Positions 27,806-36,368 of a stretch of 64,000 bases of DNA are shown here, piece by piece. A program made the translations under genes and the position numbers. Under the pieces are notes generated by a model. That model was not told where the DNA came from and searched no databases. It saw only the letters and a program-made list of their open reading frames with translations. Source of the stretch: Candidatus Parcubacteria bacterium (GTDB lineage Bacteria; Patescibacteriota; Saccharimonadia; UBA4664; JBIOIQ01); contig OY970378.1 in the NCBI GenBank assembly GCA_963718875.1, positions 669,373 through 733,372 on the forward strand, in the 5' to 3' direction. Each line of letters opens with the position of its first letter. Within the stretch, counting starts at the first letter, position 1.

Positions 27806-28136
27806 TACATCTTGATTTCAATGTCAACACCGGCAGGGAGATTGAGGTTCATGAGTGCATCGATCGTCTTGGGAGTTGGTTCGGTAATATCGATGAGACG
27901 TTTATGGGTGCGCATTTCAAATTGTTCTCGGCTGTCTTTATGAACGAATGTGCCTCGGATAACAGTAAAGCCTTTTTTTCGGTTGGAAGTGGAATTGGAC
28001 CAGCTACTAGTGCGCCTGTTCGTATGGCAGTATCAAGAATCTGCTTGGCAGACTGATCGATAACCTTAGAATCATAGGCTTTAAGGCGAATGCGGATTCG
28101 TTGTTTAACGGCTTCTTTTTCGGGTTTTTCTGGCAT
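27806..28136 (-). CDS. rpsJ: 30S ribosomal protein S10, reading frame interrupted at an A7 homopolymer (plus-strand T-run 27973-27979)
   Basis: Frame 1 gives [55 protein letters not shown]; with one extra A the downstream frame reads [56 protein letters not shown], a canonical S10 C-terminus. Confidence 0.85.
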
Positions 28137-28176
28137 TTGTACTAAGGTTCCTATTCCTTCTTTAGGGTATGCAAAG

Positions 28177-28195
28177 GCCCCGCAGGGTGCGGGGC
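28177..28195 (-). other. GC-rich perfect hairpin (GCCCCGC-5 nt-GCGGGGC) in the tuf-rpsJ intergenic spacer
   Basis: 7-bp G/C stem with no following U-tract; likely an RNA processing or stability element rather than a terminator. Confidence 0.3.
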
Positions 28196-28206
28196 TAGCA
28201 TGTATG

Positions 28207-29397
28207 TTACTTAATAATCTTGGTTACAACTCCGGCACCAACAGTACGGCCACCTTCACGAATGGCGAAACGTAGGCCTTCTTCCATGGCAATCGGTGCA
28301 ATCAGAGTGATTTTCATTTGTACATTATCACCAGGCATTACCATCTCCATACCCTCTGGAAGCTGAACTTCACCAGTTACGTCAGTGGTGCGGATGTAGA
28401 ACTGGGGCTTGTAACCTTTGAAAAATGGAGTGTGACGTCCACCCTCTTCTTTTTTTAGTACGTATACTTCGGAATCAAATTCAGTGTGAGGAGTGATGGA
28501 GCCTGGCTTAGCTAATACTTGTCCACGCTCAATGTCGGTACGCTCGATACCACGTAACAGCGCGCCTACGTTGTCACCTGCTTGGGCATCCGGTAGGAGC
28601 TTTTTAAACATCTCAACACCGGTAATGACGGTCTTTTTGGTGGGGTGAATGCCGATAATTTCGACTTCGTCATTTACCTTGACTATACCTTGCTCAATAC
28701 GGCCGGTCGCAACAGTACCACGGCCTTTGATCGAGAAAACATCTTCAATAGGCATAAGGAACGGCTTGTCAAGTTCGCGCTTGGGCTCTGGAAGGTAGTC
28801 ATCCATAGCCTTAACAAGCTCTAAAATAGCTTTTTCAGCGTCAGCATCGCCTTCCATCGCTTTAAGAGCTGATCCCTTAATGATAGGCGCATTGTCGCCG
28901 TCATACTCGTTTTTGTTGAGTAATTCGCGAATTTCGACTTCTACTAGTTCTGCTAACTCTGGGTCAGCCATGTCCATTTTATTCATGAATACGAGAATGC
29001 TAGGAACGCCTACTTGTCGAGCCAACAGAACGTGCTCGCGAGTTTGAGGCATGGGGCCGTCAGCGGCGCTTACTACTAAGATGGCGCCGTCAATCTGGGC
29101 GGCACCGGTAATCATGTTTTTGACATAGTCAGCATGACCCGGCATATCGACATGAGCGTAGTGACGCTTTTCGCTTTCATACTCTTCGTGAGATGTTGCA
29201 ATCGTAATACCACGTTGTTTTTCTTCTGGCGCGTTGTCAATTTGCGCGTACGATACGGGCTTATTAATGCTTGATGGTAGGTGTTTTGCAAGTACTGTTG
29301 TAATAGCAGCTGTTAGCGTGGTTTTACCGTGGTCGACGTGACCCATGGTACCAACATTAAGATGCGGCTTGGTGCGTGAATATGTTTCTGTAGCCAT
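28207..29397 (-). CDS. tuf: Elongation factor Tu
   Basis: 396 aa, [27 protein letters not shown] motifs; AAGGAG Shine-Dalgarno upstream. Confidence 0.97.
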   Translation of the reverse strand: MATETYSRTKPHLNVGTMGHVDHGKTTLTAAITTVLAKHLPSSINKPVSYAQIDNAPEEKQRGITIATSHEEYESEKRHYAHVDMPGHADYVKNMITGAAQIDGAILVVSAADGPMPQTREHVLLARQVGVPSILVFMNKMDMADPELAELVEVEIRELLNKNEYDGDNAPIIKGSALKAMEGDADAEKAILELVKAMDDYLPEPKRELDKPFLMPIEDVFSIKGRGTVATGRIEQGIVKVNDEVEIIGIHPTKKTVITGVEMFKKLLPDAQAGDNVGALLRGIERTDIERGQVLAKPGSITPHTEFDSEVYVLKKEEGGRHTPFFKGYKPQFYIRTTDVTGEVQLPEGMEMVMPGDNVQMKITLIAPIAMEEGLRFAIREGGRTVGAGVVTKIIK

Positions 29398-29676
29398 GAA
29401 CTCTCCTTAACTTATGAGTTGTGTAGTTATGCCATTTGCGGACTTGATGCAGTTCCCCTTTGATAAAGTGATTCTGAACCAAGCGCACAATGACGATCAT
29501 TATACTAAAATGGGCAATAAAAATAACTGCCCATTAGGACCTAGCCATTATACGGATAAACAGACTTGTTTGTAAAGGCTTTTAAGCTCGCACTCTACGT
29601 TTGTAGTTATGGCTTAGCGCGCTTGACGACCCGAGAGATGTTGATGATCCCCCGGGCCGTTAAACTTTGAGACGCA

Positions 29677-30225
29677 TTACGATAGGGGCACCAAACGCAT
29701 CAGATTGCCCAATGCAGTCGGGTTTTGTTGGAGGAAGTAAATCGCTATCAGGCTGCTGCCTCCAACTGCAGAAAACCAGCACAGAATTAGGTTGCCCATG
29801 ACTGCCTGTATAACCATCAAGCAGAGTAAAATTGCGCCTATGAGGTTGAGTTGGGACGCTCCGGACGTTAATAATACTGCGGTTATGAGCAGTACTATCA
29901 CTTGCTCAGCAACAAGTAGTAAGACGGCACGCGCTTTTTCGTGGTATTTCCAGAGCTCGATAGGATGGCTCAAGCTCTCGAAGCACCCAGTTGAGAGTTT
30001 TTCTTGGAGACTCATTCTACTGAGGACGATTGCCTTACACCCACCTATCCATAGCCCCACAACACACGTAAATAATGGGAGTCGTAGTTGCGGCCGAAAG
30101 ACGACTATAGTTCCGCATGCGCCCAGCATGGCCAGTGACAGGTAGAGAAAGCTGATCTTAAGGTTGGCTTCGGATTTACTGTTCGCTTTGGTAAGCTTGC
30201 CGTTCATCGATTGCTCTGCTTTCAC
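29677..30225 (-). CDS. Hypothetical polytopic membrane protein
   Basis: 182 aa, 5-6 predicted TM segments, no recognisable family motif. Confidence 0.45.
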   Translation of the reverse strand: MKAEQSMNGKLTKANSKSEANLKISFLYLSLAMLGACGTIVVFRPQLRLPLFTCVVGLWIGGCKAIVLSRMSLQEKLSTGCFESLSHPIELWKYHEKARAVLLLVAEQVIVLLITAVLLTSGASQLNLIGAILLCLMVIQAVMGNLILCWFSAVGGSSLIAIYFLQQNPTALGNLMRLVPLS

Positions 30226-30656
30226 TAAGAGCTTGCTCGTCTGCCAAGGTGGTAGAGCGCACGCTAATAATAATGCGTGCTTGAGTGATAAAGCAAGCGA
30301 ATCACATATATAGAGGTCATCTAGATGAGGCTAGTCGTGGCTCCAAGTTCGACGACTATTTACTTCCTCCTTGGCTCTAAAGGCCTTTTCAAGGTCGAGG
30401 TCTAGCTCATTGCTTATATCCATAATTAAAAAAAGCATGTTGGCAAATTTTTTTTCCAAGTTTCTTTGCTTGGAGCCTGCATGAAGCTTGATGCCTCTTA
30501 GACTGCGAACGGTTTAGCAGCTTCTCCAGCTCTTCCTGGAGAAGCATAAACTTTTGAGGTATACTTTCCTCGTCAAAACCTCTTTGTATCGAGACAGCTT
30601 TAACATAGCTTTGCAACTCTGCCAGGGTACGACCAAACTTAATTACGCTAACGTTC

Positions 30657-31073
30657 CTAGGCTCGCGATTTGGTGCGGCTAATTCGGATTAGTGCGACGA
30701 TGATATATGCGACTACTGCATATACTGCCATTGCAACCAGGGTAGCAAGTTCAAAGCTAGCTACAGTAAAGTTGTCTGTAACCGAGAATATGCCGATAAA
30801 TGGGTAGATTAGGGGGTACGTGATGGCGTAAATGAGATTTACGAAAGTACTGACAGAATTGGCTCCTAAAAGGCGCAGTACCAGTCGGAAAGCTAACAGA
30901 ATTTCGACTATTGTTAAGATTAGATAAATAATTTGAGCCGCTCGAGATTCGACAGGCTCGACTACAGCGGGGGTAGTGGCAACAGCTGGACGCTCCGTAA
31001 CGACTGTACGTTCAGTAGCTACGGTTGGTTCATTTACAACGGTTTCACGGGTTTCTTCAACAATTCTAGCCAT
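30657..31073 (-). CDS. YggT-family-like small membrane protein with Thr/Val-rich N-terminal region
   Basis: LLAFRLVLRLLGANS...FVNLIYAITYPLIYPF resembles the YGGT repeat; N-terminal repetitive TVATERTVVTERPAVATTPAVVEP. Confidence 0.45.
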   Translation of the reverse strand: MARIVEETRETVVNEPTVATERTVVTERPAVATTPAVVEPVESRAAQIIYLILTIVEILLAFRLVLRLLGANSVSTFVNLIYAITYPLIYPFIGIFSVTDNFTVASFELATLVAMAVYAVVAYIIVALIRISRTKSRA

Positions 31074-31219
31074 AATAATCCTCCATTTAATCAGGTCTAG
31101 CTGATCGTACCAAGCATATTAGTTTGATTCATTGGGCAATATTACAAAGCCATGGCTAGGTTAATATTTGCTTCGTCGTGTATAAATTTTCCAGGTCCGG
31201 AGTGGCCGATAGCCAGGCG

Positions 31220-33301
31220 TTAATTGGCGACCGCTTTTTTACCAATAATTTCGTCGGCTACGTTACGTGGAACTTCAGCGTAGTGGTCAAACTCCATGGA
31301 ACTAGCAGCTCGCCCTTGAGTCATTGAACGAAGTGTAGTTGTGTAGCCAAACATTTCAGATAGAGGTACCATGGCGTCAATTACTTTAGCCAGACCGCGA
31401 TCATCCATTTTTTCGATTCGACCGCGCTTAGAATTGAGGTCACCAATAACATCCCCCATAAATTCTTCTGGTACAGTTACTTCTACTTTCATAATCGGTT
31501 CTAAAATGACTGGATCTGCTTTTCGTACGCCTTCCTGGAGAGCCATTGATCCGGCAATTTTGAAAGCCATCTCGTTAGAGTCTACTTCGTGGAAGCTACC
31601 ATCGTAAAGTTTTGCTTTGACGTCTACAACAGGGTATCCAGCAACTACGCCATTTTGTAACGCTTCTTTTACGCCATTCTCCACTGGAGTAATGTATTCT
31701 CGGGGAATCGCACCGCCAACAATGGCATTCTCCCATTCAAAACCTGCTCCCATTTCATTGGGGCTAAGTTCTAGCCAGACGTGGCCGTACTGACCCCGTC
31801 CCCCACTCTGGCGTACAAACTTACCTTCTGCTTTAACGGTCTTCCTAATAGTCTCACGATAGGCCACTTGTGGCTTACCAACATTGGCTTCGACTTTGAA
31901 CTCTCGCTTCATACGGTCTACGATAATATCTAGATGAAGTTCACCCATTCCGCTAATAATAGTTTGGCCTGTTTCTTCATCTCCTCGCACTCGGAAGGTT
32001 GGATCTTCTTCGGCTAGGCGCTGTAAAGCAGTACTCATCTTCTCTTGATCAGCTTTAGTCTTAGGTTCAATAGCAATTGAAATAACTGGTTCTGGAAAGG
32101 TAATTGATTCGAGAATGATAGGGTGGGCAGGGTCGGTCAGGGTGTGGGCTGTGGTTGTTCCTTTTAGTCCGACGGCTGCAGCAATTTCTCCTGAAAATAC
32201 TTCGCTAACTTCTTCCCGACTGTTGGCATGCATCCTCAAAATTCGGCCAATTCGTTCTTTTTCGCCGGTACTTGCGTTTAGAATATATGATCCAGCCTTA
32301 AGCGTGCCAGAATAAACCCGGAAAAAAGCCAGTTTGCCGACAAAGGGATCGGTGGCAATTTTAAAAGCCAGGGCTGAAAAAGGCTCTTCGTCACTGGCGT
32401 GACGGATGGTCTCCTCGCCAGTTTTAGGGTCTATGCCTTTAATAGCCGGTATGTCGAGCGGGCTGGGCAAGTATGTGTTGACGGCGTCAAGTAGCTGTTG
32501 CACTCCTTTATTCTTTAGAGCAGATCCTGAGAGTACGGGATAAAGTTCATTATTTATTACCGCTTTGCGCAAAGCCGCATTCAGCTCAGCTTCAGTGATT
32601 TCTTCGCCTTCCAAAAATTTTTCGGTCAGAGCTTCATCCGTTTCGGCGATACGTTCTACCATAATGGTGCGGTACTTTTCGGCATCAGCTTTCATATCCT
32701 CGGGAATGTCCGTTACCTCGAAAACCTTACCCATGTCGTCTTTGAAAATGATGGCATTCATTTTGATAAGGTCGACAATACCTTGGAAACGGTCTTCAGC
32801 ACCGATAGGCAGTTGTATGGCCACGGCCTTTTTAGTTAGGCGTGTCCAAATGCTATCAAGGTCTTTATAAAAGTCGGCTCCAGTGCGATCCATTTTGTTG
32901 ACAAAGCAGATACGGGGAACTTCATATTTATCTGCTTGGCGCCAAACGGTTTCAGACTGAGGTTCAACACCAGCTACACCGTCAAAAACAGTTACTCCAC
33001 CATCAAGCACACGCAAACTACGTTCTACCTCAACAGTAAAATCGACATGTCCAGGGGTATCAATAATGTTGATGCGATGGTCGTTCCAAAAACAGGTAGT
33101 TGCAGCTGAGGTAATAGTAATGCCTCGCTCTTGCTCCTGTTCCATCCAATCCATGGTAGCTTCGCCCTCGTGCACTTCGCCGATTTTATGGGTTTTACCT
33201 GTATAAAAAAGAATGCGCTCTGTGACTGTTGTTTTTCCAGCGTCGATGTGGGCAATAATTCCGATGTTACGAGTTTGTGCAAGCGAGTATTCGCGGGCCA
33301 T
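31220..33301 (-). CDS. fusA: Elongation factor G
   Basis: 693 aa, [22 protein letters not shown] motifs, domains II-V. Confidence 0.97.
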   Translation of the reverse strand: MAREYSLAQTRNIGIIAHIDAGKTTVTERILFYTGKTHKIGEVHEGEATMDWMEQEQERGITITSAATTCFWNDHRINIIDTPGHVDFTVEVERSLRVLDGGVTVFDGVAGVEPQSETVWRQADKYEVPRICFVNKMDRTGADFYKDLDSIWTRLTKKAVAIQLPIGAEDRFQGIVDLIKMNAIIFKDDMGKVFEVTDIPEDMKADAEKYRTIMVERIAETDEALTEKFLEGEEITEAELNAALRKAVINNELYPVLSGSALKNKGVQQLLDAVNTYLPSPLDIPAIKGIDPKTGEETIRHASDEEPFSALAFKIATDPFVGKLAFFRVYSGTLKAGSYILNASTGEKERIGRILRMHANSREEVSEVFSGEIAAAVGLKGTTTAHTLTDPAHPIILESITFPEPVISIAIEPKTKADQEKMSTALQRLAEEDPTFRVRGDEETGQTIISGMGELHLDIIVDRMKREFKVEANVGKPQVAYRETIRKTVKAEGKFVRQSGGRGQYGHVWLELSPNEMGAGFEWENAIVGGAIPREYITPVENGVKEALQNGVVAGYPVVDVKAKLYDGSFHEVDSNEMAFKIAGSMALQEGVRKADPVILEPIMKVEVTVPEEFMGDVIGDLNSKRGRIEKMDDRGLAKVIDAMVPLSEMFGYTTTLRSMTQGRAASSMEFDHYAEVPRNVADEIIGKKAVAN

Positions 33302-33313
33302 AATTAATCCTAT

Positions 33314-33456
33314 GAGGTCCGACCTTGTATTAACTGATAGTCTTGGAGTCCAGACTAAAGGTCGGACCTCCAGTCTGGAATTGAAATATGCGCGGGGTGC
33401 GCATTCGTTGTATTGTAGCCTAAAACACCCCTTCAGGCAAGAGGTTGGACTCCAAG
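33314..33456. repeat. Cluster of nested inverted repeats between the ABC-F gene and fusA (perfect 13-bp IR GAGGTCCGACCTT / AAGGTCGGACCTC, plus CTTGGAGTCCAGACT with two downstream complements)
   Basis: Arms at 33314-33324 vs 33360-33370; 33342-33356 vs 33372-33379 and 33445-33456; GCGC-GGGGT-GCGC mini-hairpin at 33391-33403. Confidence 0.45.
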
Positions 33457-33469
33457 TTTGGTTATAGGC

Positions 33470-35122
33470 TTAGGTAATATTTTGAACTTGAGCTCCGATC
33501 TCGATCACTTCCCCACCCATAGCTTCGGCAAAATAGCTATCGTGGGAAACGTAAATGACAGCACCATGATAGTTTTTAAGAGCGCGCTCAAACTCTTCGA
33601 TCGAAGGCAGATCAAGGTGATTTGTAGGCTCATCAAGAATCAGTAAGTTTGGATCGCCAGCTAATAGGTTGATGATTTGGAGTCTAGCTTTTTGACCACC
33701 GGACAGAAGACGGACCGGCTGATCAAAATCCGAGCCCGGGTCGAAGAGGTAATCAGCTAGGGTTTGCTTGATAAGCTGATCGTTAATTGGAAGCTTTTTG
33801 GCATTATAGGCGGCCTGTATAGCATCCCCCAGTTTCATTTTTAGCCAACTAGCGCTAATTTCTTGCTCATAGACACCGAGTTTTATTTTGGGTGATACAT
33901 TGATGACGCCAGATATTATGTGCGCTGGGGTAGGCTGATCGAGTACCTGAGCAATGATTGTTTTAACTAAAGTGGATTTACCTACACCATTACGTCCTTT
34001 TAAATGCAGTCGATCCCCACTAGACAGGCTGAAGTTCAATCCGCTAAACAAAGCCTGTACATACCCAAGAGACAGATTTTTTATTTCAACCAAGTCGCTA
34101 ACACGGCTTGCATTGATTGATTTACCAAGACGAACGTTACGGTCTTTATAACGGTCGTAATTTAAGGCGGCTGATCCTTTGAGCCCTTCTACTGACTGCT
34201 GGTCGATCCAGAGCGATGGTTTATTGAGGGCTGCTTCAAGCGCATCATATTCGCGCTGCAACCGCACTTCCATAACTTTATAGGCTGGTGAGGCAGCCTT
34301 ACGAGCTTTTGCAAACAGTAATTGTTGTTTTAACTTTAATAGTTCTCGCTGGCTAATCTCGTATTGGTTGACGGCAGTGATAGAGGTAACACTATTTTGC
34401 TTGAGATAGTTGTTATAATTACCAGGAAAGCTATAAGCCTTTTTGTCTTTGATCTCAACCACTCGATCAACAACATTTAGCACGTCGCGATCATGAGTAA
34501 TAACAACCACAGCGTGGTTCACAGCTTCGAGCCACTTGATAAACGCCTCTTTTGCGACATAATCCATGTGATTGGTTGGTTCATCGATTAGGGCCAGAGT
34601 AGCTCCAGAAAGCTCGACCCTGACAAGCTCAACTAGTCGTTTTTGACCACCTGACAAGTTTTGAAAATCGCTTAGAGCCAAGGACTTATCAATTTGGTAC
34701 GCCTCTAAGGCGTTTAGGATGTGCGGCTCTATGTCGTAATAATCTAAATCGCTAAACCGTTGAACGGCGTCAGTATAGGCTGAGATTTTGTCAATGTCGT
34801 CGTCCATCGTTTCGGGATAAGTGTCGATGATCAGCTTAAGCTCTGAATATTCAGGCAGGTTAGAGATAACGTAGTCTAAGCAAGACTGTCCGGGCACACT
34901 ATCAAACTCCTGCTTGGTTGAGACAAGCTGCAGACCACGACCCTGGACTATCTTCCCCTCGAAGCTGCTATTTTCGGCTAATATATTAAACAGAGTCGTC
35001 TTGCCAGCCCCATTGCGCCCTATCAAAGCCATTTTCTCTTTGTCTTCAATTGAAAAGCTGAGGTCCTGTAGAAGCAGTTTTGGCCCAATTTGCTTGGATT
35101 GGATATCTATTTGTAACAACAT
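33470..35122 (-). CDS. ABC-F family ATPase (two tandem ABC domains, no TMD; EttA/Uup-like ribosome-associated)
   Basis: Two Walker A (GRNGAGKTT; GRNGVGKST), two LSGGQ signatures and Walker B/D-loops; 550 aa. Confidence 0.85.
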   Translation of the reverse strand: MLLQIDIQSKQIGPKLLLQDLSFSIEDKEKMALIGRNGAGKTTLFNILAENSSFEGKIVQGRGLQLVSTKQEFDSVPGQSCLDYVISNLPEYSELKLIIDTYPETMDDDIDKISAYTDAVQRFSDLDYYDIEPHILNALEAYQIDKSLALSDFQNLSGGQKRLVELVRVELSGATLALIDEPTNHMDYVAKEAFIKWLEAVNHAVVVITHDRDVLNVVDRVVEIKDKKAYSFPGNYNNYLKQNSVTSITAVNQYEISQRELLKLKQQLLFAKARKAASPAYKVMEVRLQREYDALEAALNKPSLWIDQQSVEGLKGSAALNYDRYKDRNVRLGKSINASRVSDLVEIKNLSLGYVQALFSGLNFSLSSGDRLHLKGRNGVGKSTLVKTIIAQVLDQPTPAHIISGVINVSPKIKLGVYEQEISASWLKMKLGDAIQAAYNAKKLPINDQLIKQTLADYLFDPGSDFDQPVRLLSGGQKARLQIINLLAGDPNLLILDEPTNHLDLPSIEEFERALKNYHGAVIYVSHDSYFAEAMGGEVIEIGAQVQNIT

Positions 35123-35204
35123 GAGCTAAAATCCTTGTTCGGCTTCCCTACTGCTCGTTAAGGAAGTAAAGGAGGGTTTAAAAAGTATTGTTTTAGGCTC
35201 GGCT

Positions 35205-35681
35205 CTAGTAGCGTGCAAAATGAGCAAAAGCTTTGTTGGCTTCGGCCATTTTATGGGTGTCTTCGCGTTTTTTGACGGCATCTCCGGTGTTATTAAAGGC
35301 ATCCATAAGCTCACCTGCTAAAAGAGCATCGAACGATTTACCTGATTTAGACTGAGCTGATCCTAAAATCCAACTCATAGCCAAATGGATTTTTCGATCT
35401 CCGCGCACTTCAATAGGGACTTGGTATGTTGCTCCACCGATGCGTTTGGCTTTTACTTGTACCTGAGGAGAAACGTTCTTTATGGCTGTCTCAAAAATAT
35501 CCAATGCTGGTTGCTTCATTTTTGCTTCAACTGCCTCAAAAGCGTTATAAACAAGGGTTTCAGCGAGACGCTTCTTGCCTCCTCGCATTACTTTGTTGAT
35601 TAGTTTTGTTACCATAACATTGTTGTAGCGAATGTCTGGCTCGAGATTGCGTTTAAAGGATTTGGTTTTTTTACGTGGCAT
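35205..35681 (-). CDS. rpsG: 30S ribosomal protein S7
   Basis: 158 aa MPRKKTKSFKRNLEPDIRYNNVMVTKLINKVMRGGKK... Confidence 0.95.
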   Translation of the reverse strand: MPRKKTKSFKRNLEPDIRYNNVMVTKLINKVMRGGKKRLAETLVYNAFEAVEAKMKQPALDIFETAIKNVSPQVQVKAKRIGGATYQVPIEVRGDRKIHLAMSWILGSAQSKSGKSFDALLAGELMDAFNNTGDAVKKREDTHKMAEANKAFAHFARY

Positions 35682-35825
35682 GGGCTTCTCCTTTTCTTGG
35701 ATACTCCGCTGGTCGCTATAGTTAAGCGAGCGGCTGCCTATTTTTAGTTAATTACTGTCATGGTCAAGATCGCGAATTAGGTATTGTGAATAAAGTATTA
35801 TGGTTTCGGGTTTTGTTTAATTCAT

Positions 35826-35852
35826 AATTCTTTATTCTTTATTCTTTATTCT
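35826..35852. repeat. Short tandem repeat (TTCTTTA)x3.5 in the rpsL-rpsG spacer
   Basis: AATTCTTTATTCTTTATTCTTTATTCTCG directly after the rpsL stop codon. Confidence 0.5.
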
Positions 35853-35854
35853 CG

Positions 35855-36268
35855 TTAAGCTTTGGGTTTCTTGGCTCCGTACTTACTTCTACCTTGAGCA
35901 CGTTTTGCTACTCCTTGGGTATCAAAAGCACCTCGTACAATGTGATACCGAACACCAGGAAGGTCTTTTACTCGACCACCCCGAATAAGGACGACTGAGT
36001 GCTCTTGCAAATTATGTCCTACTCCGGGAATGTAGGCGTTTACTTCCATGCCATTTGTCAAGCGGACACGGGCAAATTTACGCAAAGCTGAGTTGGGTTT
36101 TTTGGGTGTCATAGTACCAACCTTAATGCAAACTCCACGCTTTAATGGGGAGGGCGCGGGATAGCTTTTGCCTTTTAGCGAGTTTAAAACCCGACCCAAA
36201 GCGGGTGTTGTAGACTTTTGCTTTTTATCTACACGGGGTTTTCGAATGAGTTGGTTGATTGTTGGCAT
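35855..36268 (-). CDS. rpsL: 30S ribosomal protein S12
   Basis: 137 aa [12 protein letters not shown]... with [10 protein letters not shown] motif. Confidence 0.97.
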   Translation of the reverse strand: MPTINQLIRKPRVDKKQKSTTPALGRVLNSLKGKSYPAPSPLKRGVCIKVGTMTPKKPNSALRKFARVRLTNGMEVNAYIPGVGHNLQEHSVVLIRGGRVKDLPGVRYHIVRGAFDTQGVAKRAQGRSKYGAKKPKA

Positions 36269-36368
36269 TTGACCTTAATTTTCATTTTTACTTATTTTCA
36301 GTTTTCATTGCTGGTTGAATAGAATGATATTTGAAACTTGTTAAAATGAACCTTGTTAGTTGTTCTAG

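Noticed and set aside
30407-30616. 69-aa basic ORF (TTG start) between the YggT-like gene and the 182-aa membrane protein
   Set aside because: It has no SD, a non-ATG start and no recognisable motif. It is kept only as a remark in the tuf-fusA insert finding, not as a feature.
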